The notes under the pieces are model-generated. The model ran no database searches. It saw only the letters and a list, made by a program, of their open reading frames with translations, and had not been told where the DNA came from. Shown in pieces: positions 37,443 to 49,400 of a stretch of DNA of 64,000 bases; positions within the stretch are counted from its first letter, which is position 1; each line of letters starts with the position of its first letter. The stretch spans positions 1,736,001-1,800,000 of the forward strand of contig LSRY02000005.1 in assembly GCA_001643675.2 (NCBI GenBank), in the 5' to 3' direction. Made by a program: the position numbers and the translations under genes. Origin of the DNA: Monocercomonoides exilis PA203. Its lineage: Eukaryota > Protista > Preaxostyla.

Positions 37443-40400
37443 TTAGCTCCTCTGCACCTGCTCCACTGAAGATGCTGGTACATCCACAGACTTCTCAGAT
37501 AAGAACCTGCCTTTGTCTGATTTCTCAAAGTACGGTGAATCGGGGAAAGCGAGTTTAGCTGCCTTCAGTACAGGAAGGAAAGGTGTGCCCATTCCTTTTG
37601 AGACAGCCATCTTCTTCAGCGTCAGCGTTGCCTGTTCGGCAATTGGCAGGGCGTGAGAAGACGCAAACACAACACACTCGCCGTCTTCTGCACTTGCTCC
37701 TTTCTTCTTGTCTCCTTTCTCCTTCGCTGACTCCACTTTCTCCTTCTCAAGTGACTCAACCATCTTCTTCGCTTCCTCACTAAACGCAGAAAGCGGCACG
37801 TGAATCACAAAGTGCTTCTTCTGAATGAAATGAGAGATAATATCCAGAAAGTCCAGCTGCGTGCGGTTCTTCTTGTTCTGAAACACTTTCTTCTGCGACT
37901 CTGGCACAGACGGCGAGGCAAGTGATGTGCACGCCACCAGCGTTTCGAGTATGCGCTCCATCAGATATTTGAATCCAAGTGCAAAGATAGCTGACGAAGG
38001 AGCGTTCTGTGCCCCTGTCTCAATCGCGAAGGACAAAGAGAACAGCTGTGGAAGCGCAATGGCTGATCTGTTTGACCCAAATGTTGTCAGCTGAGATGGT
38101 TCCAGCGGCTGAAGAGCAGCCATTTTCGCTTTGTCTGCAGAGATCTGGTCAAACAATGGTGGAATGGCATTGGCAACGCTGTGGGTGAAGCGGGAGCCGT
38201 AGAGCGGGTTCAGAATCTCCAGGAGCTCAATGGCGATGTTGCTGAAGCGCGTGACGACGTCTCTCTGAAGCATCCTTCTTGTGCTCTCCATCCACGTGGC
38301 GTCGTGTGTCATCAGGTTCTGGATGAGTCGGGCTGCGGAGAAGGCGACGATGAGAGAAGAGTTTCCTTCGAACTCTCTTCGACACAGCACTTGCCCAGTC
38401 TGCGAGGCAGTGATGGCCATTTGCTGCGGCGTGGGGATCTTCTGGCGATAGGAGAAAGAGACAGAAGGCGCGGCAGAGGCAGACGCTGCAGCAGAAGAGG
38501 AAGAGCTGGAAGACATGACAGGCGGAGCTAACACACAGGAGGAGGCAGAGGGAGAGAGGACAGGGAATAAAGCAGGCTTCTTCCTGGGCAGAGGCGCAGG
38601 AGAGGAAAGAGGAAGAGACACAACTGTGGCTGAGCGGTGCATTGTGGAGCGGACGGGGCGGGTGAGCGTGAGGAGAGAAGGCATCGAGGCTGATGGCGCG
38701 ATGAACTGTGATTGCTCTCCGGTTTTGGCCTTCTTTCCTTTCCTTTCTTTTTTCTCAGCGACTTCTTCCATTTGCTCCATGTATTGTTCTTCGGAGTCTG
38801 TTGGAACAACCTCTTCTTCCTCTTCCTCCATTGCTTTCTCCTTCTTTCCTTTTTTGCTCTTCTTCTTCTTCTTTCCTTCCTCAGCTTCAGCTGCCTCTCC
38901 TTCTGCTTCACCTTCAGCTGCTTCGGTTTCTGATGCTTCTATGTCTTCTTCTGATTTCTTTCCTTTCTTCGATTTCTTCTTCTTCTTCTTTCCTTCTTCT
39001 GAAGCTTCTTCTCCTTCTGCTTCAGCTTCCATCGGTGGCACATCGTCGCTTTGTTCTGCTTCAGTTTCTTCTGCTTCTTCGCCCTTTTTGGATTTCTTTG
39101 ATTTCTTCTTTTTCTTCTTTCCTTCTTCTTCTGCCACTTCTCCTTCTCCTTCAGGAACCTCTGCTGCCTCTTCAACTTCTTCCTCTGTTGCTTTCTTTCC
39201 CTTCTTCTTCTTCTTCTTCTTTCCTCCCTCTTCTTCTGGCACTTCTTCTTCTCCTTCAATTGTTTTTGGAACTTCATCGCTTTGCTCTTCTTCTGTTGCT
39301 TCTTCTTCTGCTGCTTTCTTTCCTTTCTTCTTCTTTTTCTTCTTTTCTCCTTCAGGTGCTTCACTTTTTTCAGCAACCGCTTCACTTTCAGCTGCTTCTG
39401 ATTCTCCTTCTTCTCCCCCACTCTTCTTCGACTTCTTCTTTTTCTTCTTCTTTCCTTCTTCCTCAGCTTCTGGCATTTCTTCCGTTGCCTCTCCTTCAAT
39501 TGGTGTTTCTGCTTCACTTTCTTCTACTTCTTCAGCTGACTTTTTGCCTTTCTTAGATTTCTTCTTCTTCTTTCCTTCTTCCTCAACAGCTTCGCTATCT
39601 TCAGCAGGTGCTTCGGATTCTCCTTCTTCTTCAACCTTCTTTGATTTCTTCTTTTTCTTTTTCTTCTCTCCTTCACCTTCTGTTGCCTCACCTTCTCCTT
39701 CTGCCTCACCTTCAACTTCAGATGCTTCAACATCTTCAGATATCTTCTTTGATTTCTTTCCTTTCTTCTTCTTCTTTCCTTCTTCTGGTGTTTCTTCTCC
39801 TGCTTCTGCTTCTGCTTCTGATTGCTCAACTTCTTCTTCACCTTTCTTCGACTTCTTCTTCTTCTTCTTCTTTCCTTCTTCTTCAGTTGCTTCTCCTTCC
39901 CCTTCCATCGGAGGTACTTCATCACTTTGTTCTCCTTCTGCTTCTTCTCCCTTTTTCGATTTCTTTCCTTTCTTCTTCTTCTTCTTCCCTTCTTCCTCGA
40001 CTGCTTCACTTTCCTCTGCAGGTGCTTCTCCAACCTCAGATGCTGCTTCTGTTTCTTCTTCTGCTGCTGCTTTCTTCGATTTCTTCGATTTCTTCTTCTT
40101 CTTCTCCCCTTCTTCTTCTGGAACTTCACTCATTTCTTCTCCTTCTGCCCCTTCTTCAATTGCTTTTGGAACTTCATCACTTTGCTCTCCTTCTGTTGCT
40201 TCTTCTGCTTTCTTTCCTTTCTTGTCCTTCTTCTTCTTCTTCTTTCCTCCTTCTTCTTCCTCTGGTGCTTCACTCACTTCTCCTTCAGGAACTTCGCTTT
40301 CTTCAGCTCCTGCTTCATCTTCTTTCTTCTTTGATTTCTTCTTCTTCTTCTTTTTGCCTTCTTCTCCTCCTTCTTCTGGAACTGCTTCTGCAACTTCACT

Positions 40401-43400
40401 TTCTTCCACTTCTTCAGCTGCTTTTTTGCCTTTCTTCGATTTCTTCTTCTTCTTCTTTCCTTCTTCTTCTGGCACTTCACTTTCTTCTGCTGGGGCTTCT
40501 GATTCTGCAACTGCTTCAGATTCTCCTTCCTCTTCTATTGTCTTCTTTCCTTTCTTTCCTTTCTTCTTCTTCTTTTCTCCTCCTGCTTCTTCTCCTGCTT
40601 CTGCTTCCATAGGTGGAATTTCATCGTTCTGTTCTCCTTCTGTTGCTTCTCCTTCTTCTTCTGTTGTTTTCTTTGATTTCTTTGATTTCTTCTTCTTCTT
40701 TCCTTCTTCTGGCGCTTCACTCATTTCTTCTTCTGGTGCTTCACTTTCTTCCCCTTCTGCAGCAGCTTTCTTTCCTTTCTTCTTCTTCTTCTTCTTTCCT
40801 TCTTCTTCTTCTGGTACTTCACTATCTTCTACAGGTGCTTCTGACTCTGATGCTTCAACATCTTCTTCTGTTATCTTCTTTGATTTTTTATCCTTCTTCT
40901 TCTTCTTCTTCTTTTCTTCTCCTTCTCCTTCTGCTTCACTTGATGCAACTTCATTTTCAACCTCACTTTGTTCTGGTGTGTTCGTTTCCTCTCCTCCAAC
41001 TTCACTCGCTTCGCTTTCACTTTCCTTCTTTTTGTTCTTCTTCTCTTTCTTTCCTTTCTTCTTTGGCTTGTTTTCTTCTGCTTCTGCTTCTGTTTCAATT
41101 GCTTCTTCTCCTTCGCTTTGCTCAATTGGACTCTCTTCTGCTTCTTTCTTCCCTTTCTTCCCCTTCTTCTTCTTCTTCTCACTTTTCCTCTCTTCTTCCA
41201 TTCCTTCTGATTCTTCCACAGCCGAATCTGTTGCCATCTCAATCTCATTGAACTCATCCTCTTCTTCTTCCTCTTCTTCTGCATGCTTCTTCTTCCTCCT
41301 CTTCTTCTTCGATGGAGATGAAAGAGAAGAAGGCACATAACCATTCCCTTCTTCTCCTTCTCCGTCTTCCTCTTCCACTTCAGCATATGTTGATGATCTT
41401 TGCAATGGAGAGCGCATCATTGGTGGAGAGATTGGAGTGAACGTTGGGGAGTTTGTCTGTGAAAGAGAGGAAGACAAGCCAGAAGAAGAAGAATAAGAAC
41501 CAGAACCAGAAGAAGGAGAAAGAGAAGAAGAAGAGGAAGGAGAAGCAGGAGAAAGAGAAGAGCTCAGGATATGTGGAGAAATGACTGGAAGGGAAGTAGG
41601 CTTGATCCATGGAGGTGTGTATGTTGTGTCGATTCCGTGCAGCAGCTCCATCGGAAGCAGGTTGTGCGACGACGGATGGCTCAAGGAAGACGGGGCAGGT
41701 GGGCCTAAATGAAGGATGACTCCATGTTTTTGAGAAGGGAGAGGGAGATGTGAGGGATAACTAGAAGAAGAAGAAGATGATGATGATGATGATGATGAAG
41801 ATGATGAAGATGACTCCTGTTCAGGCTCTGGGCTCGAATTGCGTCCCAACCCGTGTGCAAACGCCTCTGCCACGTTCTTTGCCCATTCTTCCGCCGTATC
41901 CAGCGTCGGTACATAGACACTTTTTGCCCAGTGTTCCACATCTCTATCAATAGAACGGGTAAGCGCATTGTTCTCCAGCAGCTTCAGAGCGATGTCCAGC
42001 GGCTGCGAATTCGCAACAGCCGTCGCGTGGTCCGGAGAAATAGACAAGTCGGAGAGCATTTTGATGCCATCGACGACAGCTTCGCGCTCAAGTGTGCCGC
42101 CTTCCAGCAGCTCGGCCTCCATCTGGAGGAGTTGAGCATCAGTTTGGAGGTCGAATTGAGTGTTTGGTGAGATATGTGAGTCATTTTGTAAGGAAGAAGA
42201 AGAAGAAGAAGAAGAGCTATCATTATCTCTTCCCTTCTCCTCTCCTTTCTTCTCCTTCTTCTTCGCCTTCATCGCCTCCTGCTTCTCCTGTGCCTTCTCA
42301 TCAAACGCAGTGATGATTGGCGTGAGCACATCCATCACACCCGATGAAACTATCTTCTCCTGACAGCCAGCGTCTGAGCTCAGCTCTTTCAGGATAGACA
42401 AGCATGAATGTGCAATGTGCACAAAGAAGACTGGCTGGCAGAGGTCAGCGGCTTTGGGGGATGAATTAGATGAGGAAGAAGAAGAAGAAGAAGTAGAGGT
42501 GAAACGAGAAAGCATGCGATCTGTATCGTCTTCTGCATTGGAGTCGGAGCTTGGCATCTTCAGAGGAGGAAGAATGACTGGCTGTGCTGTGCTTTCAGCA
42601 TACTCTTCTCCTTCTTCTTCTCCTTCTGCTTCTTCTTCTCCTCTCTTCTTCTTTCCTTTCTTGCTCTTTTTGCTCTTTTTCTTTGATCTGCCTTCTCTTT
42701 CACCTTCTTCTCCTTCTCCTTCTCCTTCTGCTGCTTCTGGAACCTCTTCTCCTGTTTGTTCTTCTTCTTCTTCTTCAACTTTCTTTGATTTCTTCTTCTT
42801 CTTCTTCTTTTCTACTTCAACTGCTTCGCTTTCTTCTGCAACTGCCTCAGATTCTGCAACTTCTCCATCGACTCCTGATTCTTCTTCTCCTTTCTTCGAC
42901 TTCTTCGATTTCTTCTTCTTCTTTCCTTCTTCCCTTGCTTCACTGCCTTCTTCAGCTGCTTCTCCTTCCACTTCTGAAGGCTCTGCTTCTTCTCCTTTCT
43001 TTCCTTTCTTTCCTTTCTTCTTCTTCTTCCCTTCTTCTTTTGGTACTTCACTATCCTCGGCAGGTGCTTCTGATTCTACTATTGCTTCAGATTCGCCTTC
43101 TTCTTCTGTTGCCTTCTTTCCTTTCTTTGATTTCTTCTTTTTCTTCTTTCCTTCTTCTTCTGCTGCTGCCTCTTCTCCTTCTGGTACTTCTGCTTCAGCT
43201 TCTGAAGGCTCAATTTCTTCTTCTGATTTCTTTCCTTTCTTCTTCTTCTTCTTCTTCTCTCCTTCTCCTTCTTCTTCAGGAACTTCTATAGCTTCTCCTG
43301 CTCCTTCAACTGCCTCAGTTGCTTCTCCTTCTTCTTCAGCCTTCTTTGACTTCTTCTTCTTCTTCTTCTTTTCTCCTTCTTCTTCCGGCACTTCTTCAGT

Positions 43401-46400
43401 TGCTTCTTCTACTGCTTCTCCCGCTTCTGATGCTTCAATATCTTCTTCTAATTTCTTTCCCTTCTTCCCTTTCTTCTTTTTCTTCTTTCCTTCTTCTTCA
43501 ACTACCTCTCCTTCTCCTTCTGGTATCTCTTCTGCTCCTGCTTCTGCTTCAGTTTGCTCTTCGGCTTCTTCTCCTTTCTTCGACTTCTTCGATTTCTTCT
43601 TCTTCTTCTTCTTCCCTTCTTCCTCAACTGCTTCACTTTCCTCTGCAGGTGCTTCTCCAACCTCAGATGCTGCTTCTGTTTCTTCTTCTGCTGCTGCTTT
43701 CTTCGATTTCTTCGATTTCTTCTTCTTCTTCTCCCCTTCTTCTTCTGGAACTTCACTCATTTCCTCTCCTTCCACTCCTTCTTCAATTGCTTTTGGAACT
43801 TCATCACTTTGCTCTGCTTCTGTTTCTTCTTCAGCTAATTTCTTCGACTTCTTCTTTTTCTTCTTCTTTCCTCCTTCTTCTTCTTTGGGAGCTTCTTCTC
43901 CTTCAATAGTTTCTTGTGCCTCAGTTTCTCCTTCTTCCTCAGCTGCCTTCTTTCCTTTCTTCGATTTCTTCTTTTTCTTTGATTCTTCCTCAACAGCTTC
44001 ACTTTCTTCTCCTTCAATTGCCTTTGGAACTTCATCACTTTGTTCTGCTTCTGTTGCTTCTTCTTCGGCTTTCTTTCCTTTCTTATCCTTCTTCTTCTTC
44101 TTCTTTTTCTTTTCTCCTTCCTCCACCTCAGCTGCTTCTTCTCCTCCTTCAGGAACTTCTTCTTCTGCTCCTGTTTCTTCTTCTGTTTTCTTCGATTTCT
44201 TCTTCTTCTTTTTCTTGCCTTCTTCCTCAGCTTCTGTTGCCTCTCCTTCAACTGCTTCTGCAACTTCACTTACTTCCACTTCTTCAGCTGCCTTCTTTCC
44301 TTTCTTCGATTTCTTCTTCTTCTTTTTCCCTTCTTCTTCTGGAACTTCACTTTCTTCTGCAACAGCTTCAGGTTCAACTTCTGACGGTTCAACTTCTTCT
44401 TCTGTTGCCTTCTTTGCTTTCTTGTCCTTCTTCTTCTTCTTCTTTTCTCCTTCAACTGCTTCACTTTCTTCTGCAACAGCCTCAGAATCTGCTGCTCCTG
44501 CTTCTTCTGTTTGCTCCTCTTCTGCTTCCTTCTTTCCTTTCTTCTTCTTCTTCTTCTTCTTCTCTCCTTCCTCTCCCTCTCCCTCTCCTTCAACTTCTGA
44601 TGCATCGACTTCTTCTTCTCCTTTCTTTGATTTCTTCTTCTTTTTCTTTTTCTCTCCTTCTTCAACTTCAGCTGCTTCTCCTTCTGCTTCTGACGGTTCA
44701 ACTCCTTCTTCTTCTCCTTTCTTCGATTTCTTCTTCTTCTTTCCTTCTTCTTCCACAGCTTCGCTATTTTCAGCAGGTGCTTCGCTTTCCTCAGTTTCTT
44801 CAACAGCTTTCTTTCCTTTCTTCTTCTTCTTCTTCTTTCCTCCTTCTCCTTCTTCTCCTTCTCCTTCTGCATCGCTTGGTTCAATGGATGACTCTTCAAT
44901 TGCTATGCTCGATCGACTTCTGCTCATTTCACTTTCTTCTCCCTCTCCTCCTCCTTCTGTTTCTTCTTCTGCTGCTGCTTCTTCTTCCTTCTTCTTCTTC
45001 TTTCCTTTCCCTTCTTTCTTTCCTTTCTTCGACTTCTTCGATGACCCAGTTTCTGTTGCCTCGCTTTCCACTTCACTTCTTGTCTCTTCTCTTTCTGTCT
45101 CTTCCGTTTCTGTCTCTGAATATTCCTCTCTGCTCTTTTCTTTGTTCTTCCCGCTTCTTTTCTCCTTCTTCGCTTTCTTCGCTTCCTTTTTAGCCTTCGC
45201 TGCTGCTTCAATCGCTTTTTCCTTTTCTCGCACCTCTGCCAGCATCTTCGATATTACTGCTCTTGAGTCTTCGTTGGTCTCTTCTTCCTCATTCGCCTCT
45301 AATTCTTCCATCTCCCTCACTGCCTCTGCCTCCCTCGCCACCATCACCCGCTCCTCCGGATCTTCGGAGAATTTGTATTTCTCCGCGCTCTCTTTCCATC
45401 TCCTCAATTCGATCTGGTCATCGTCATCGGGAATGCTAATCCCGTCTCTCTTCAGCAGCTTGCTCGCCAGCTGTATTGCGCCGTTGAGGATGAGCTGGTG
45501 TGTGTTTGACGGGTGTGTAGCCAGGAATGAGAGCAAGTCAAGTGTCTTTCTCGCAAGCGACAGAGACAGCTGCTTCGCACGTGCTGTGAATTCGGCGGCG
45601 GCTGAGCGAGACAAGGAAGACGGGGCAGAGCCGATTGGGTTGGCGAACAGAGGAGCGAGTGACATGAGTGTTTCAATGGAGTTTGCATTCATCCAGGTAA
45701 AGTTGTTGAACGGGGTAGAGCGGGCGATGTGGTTGAGGATGGTTAAGATGGATGTGAGGGTTGTGCCTGCTTGAGGAGTGAGGGAGGAGATGGTGAGGAG
45801 ATGGGAAGAGGAGGAAGAGGAAGAAGAGGAGGATGATGATGAGGCAGAAGAAGCTGAAGATGAAGCAGAAGATGATGAGGACGATGATGAAGAAGCACTT
45901 GCATTGCTTCTGTTTGCCTCTTCCAGTGTTGATGTGAGCAAGTCCATCATAATCGGAATACCAAACTTGCTCTCCATCTCTGCTGCATATCCTTTCAACC
46001 TTGACATCACCTGCAGTGCAAGCAACGCACTTCTTTTGATCTCTCCTGTCACATCATCACGTGCCAGCAGCAGTAAAAGCGGTTCCACACCCTTCAGAAG
46101 TTGATATGTTGGCAGAATCACTCCCTTCAGCGCCTGCGATGCCTGCTCAATCTCTGCTGCCTCTTGCCTCCTCAACTCATCCGTCTGTGGACGCATTCTG
46201 TGCTTGTTTCTTATTCTGTTGATGTTTTCTTTGACATTCTGCACTGTCTGTGTCAAATCTAATTCTTTTTCGTGGATTGCAGAGTAAGTCATGAATAAGA
46301 CGCAATAGCGAACTGCTTCCATTTCCACTTTCTCCTTTGAAGACTGCTCCAGTTGCTGCACAACGAACGGAGCAGCAGAATATTCAAACAGCTTTGTTCT

Positions 46401-49400
46401 CATGGGCTTAGAAGAGCACAAATGGAAAATCATTTCATCGGCTGCGAGCGGAGGAATGTTTGGCTTTCGCTCAGAAAGGAAAGAACGGAGCATTTCGAGC
46501 CCGCCGTAGCGCTTGAAGGCGAAGTGGTTCTTTTCAACGCGCATGAGGAGGCTGAGGGAGAAGAAGAGGTTGTATTCAGAAGAAGAAGAGGAGGAGGAGG
46601 ATGAAGAATAAGATGAAGATGAAGATAACTCAGAAGGCAAAGGCTCGTCTGGATGCACCAAGCCCAACAGCAGCCTCACCAGCTGTGGATCCGCCAGCAA
46701 TTCGATCTTCTTTGCCACCTCTCTGTTTGTGAAGAGCGTATTGAACAGTCCGTCCATTCTTTCGCACTCTTCCTTGACTCCTCTTCTGAGAACAGCTTTG
46801 TAGGCAGTGAGGAAAAGAGCCAGTTGCTCCTCTGTTTGTGGCAGAGGCAGAGGAAGCAAGATGGGATTGTCTTGTTGGATGGGCATGGGAGGGCGCAAAG
46901 GAACGAAAGGCGAAGGAGAGAAAGCTAAGTTTACTTCAACAAGTTTGGAAGGGGTGAGGAGAGATTCGGTGGGTGTGGAGGAAAGATCAGAGGATGGGGA
47001 GAAAGAATAAGATGATAAATTATGAGAGGAGAAAGAAGAGGAAGAAGAGGAAGAATATGAGGAAGATGAAGATGATGACAAGAAGAGCATTTGTGCAAAG
47101 TCAATGCAATCTTCTTTATCCAACTGCTCAACTTCTTCATCGATCTCTTCAGGAACATCAGTGCAAACATACCTCTGCCCTGGATGTTCTTTCTTCCATT
47201 CTTCTTCTCTCTTCCACTTCTCCCTCATCTTCGTTTCTTCATCCAGCTTCACCTCAATCAGACATTTCTCTTCTTCCTCATCGCCAATCATGCAAAACTT
47301 TGCCATTTTCGCTTTATCTTTCTCAATCTGACTGTTCAATGTGCAGTTGAATGGAAGCTTTTCTCGATGCGGCTTCAGTTTTTCTTCATCTTCTCCATAC
47401 AAATACTCAAGTAACCCTTCTCTATCAACAGCTTCATCTTCATAATCAATGTCTTCTTCTCCTTCTCCTTCTCCTCCTTCCCCTTCCCCTTCGACATCAC
47501 CTTCTTCTCTTTTTGACTTTCTTCTCATCTTCGGCTTTTCAGAAGAAGGAAGAAGATGCTTGATTTCAACTGGATCAATTCTACGAAGAGAAGAGGAAGA
47601 ATAAGAAGAAGATGAAGAAGATGAAGAAGAAGCAGAAGAAGCAGAAGCTGATGCAGATGAAGGCAGTGCGGATATATTCATCAAGCACAGCTGCGTTCCT
47701 GCTGTCAGTTCTCTTCTCTTCATCGTTTTTTCTCCATTCGACATCTCAAAATCATCAAAGAAACCTGAACACACTCCACATTCATTTATTGCTTCTCTTT
47801 CATACTCTTCATCATATTTTTCCCCCTTTGCCTCTCTTTCTCTTTCTCTTTCTCTCTCTTCCTTTTCTTCTTCGTCATCTTCTTCTTCTTCCATCTCCCT
47901 CTCTCTCTCCTTCCCATCCCCCACCATCATCTCATCGTTGCTCTCCTCCGACAGCACCACATCGCTTATTTCCACTTCGCTCTCATAAACCCCAAAATCT
48001 TCCAGCGATTTAAACGATTCCTCAGCCAAAACCTGCCCTTTCCCTTCTGCTTTCTTTCGCAACGCAGCCAGTTTTTCCTCCCTCCGCATCGTCAGTGCCA
48101 TCATCTTCTTGATCTTCATCAGCCTCTTTGTCTTCTTCCTCCTCATCACCTGCTTCTTCTGTGTTTCATAGAGGCTCCATATTTTTGCCTTCTTCGCTTT
48201 GATCAGCTTCGCCTTCACATCTCTTTGCACTTTCTCTTCGACCGAATAAACTCTTCGGAAAGGATATTTCTTCGATGCAATCATCACTGCCTCTGCTTCG
48301 TGAATGAACTCGTTCTCTTCTGCTTGCCTCTCTTTCTCGATGCGTGGCATTAGCTCGGTTTGTGCTTCTTCAGTTATTTCGCTTCCTTTCAGGTTGTATT
48401 CAATCGCTTTCTCTTCGGCCATCGCTTCATTCAGGATCTCTGGAAGCGGCTTGATTTTCGCAGGTTTCGTTCTTTCTCCTTCTCCTTCTCCTTCTTCTTC
48501 TTCTTTCTTTCTTTCTTCTCCTTCTTTCTCTCTCTCCTCTTCCTCCCTCTCCTCCATCTGAATCTCCTCCAACTCCATCTGAATCCTCTCCCTTCTTTCG
48601 TTTCTCTCCCTCTCCTTCTTCTCTCTCTGCTCAGCTGTCAATATCCTCCCCGCATCTCTTTCTTCCTCATTCGCAATAGCTTCCTCTTCTTCTTTCAATT
48701 GTTCCTTTCTTTCCTTTCTTTCCCTCTCCTTCTCTGCCTTCTTGTCCTTCCTCATCTCCCTCATCTCTTCCACAATCCTTTTCGCTGTTACTATCACATT
48801 CACAACAGCACTTCTTAATTCTGCTTTCTCCTTCGCCATCTTCTCCTTCGCATACTCCACTCTCTCCTCTTCGCTCATCTGCTCAAACAATTCAATTTCC
48901 TTCTTCCTTCTCAGCGCTTCTTCGACTTCTTCATTCATCTGCTTCGATTCTTCATCTCCCAATGCCATCAGCCTGTTCTCTTCTCTTTCTTGTGCTTTCC
49001 TCTTCGCCTCTTCGATCGCTCTGTTCTTTCTCTCCTCTTCTTCTCGCCTTGCAAGATCTTCTGCTTCTGCCCTTTCTCTTTCTTCTCTTTCTCTTTCGTC
49101 TTCTTCTTCCTCCTCACTCATATCCAATGGAACATTATCCAATTCTTCTGCCATTAAATCTGAAGGCAGCTCATCAACAGGCGTCTTCAGACCTTCCAAC
49201 TCATCTTCTTCTCCTTCTTCAATGTTCTCAATATCCAACTCTTCAATCTGCAATTCTCCTTCTTCTCCTTCCTCTTTCTCTTCCCCTTCTTCCTCTTCAG
49301 ACTCATCTGGAATAGCAGGTGCATCAAGCAATTCTGAAAGAGAATGTGTTTCATCTTCTACTGCTGGTGGTGGCACAGCATCATCATCTTGTTGTTCTTC

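Noticed and set aside
38515-45774. Long + strand ORFs (941 aa, 1119 aa, and similar F/S/L-rich ORFs up to 55200)
   Set aside because: Antisense shadows of GAA/AAG-rich codons in the giant minus-strand gene.
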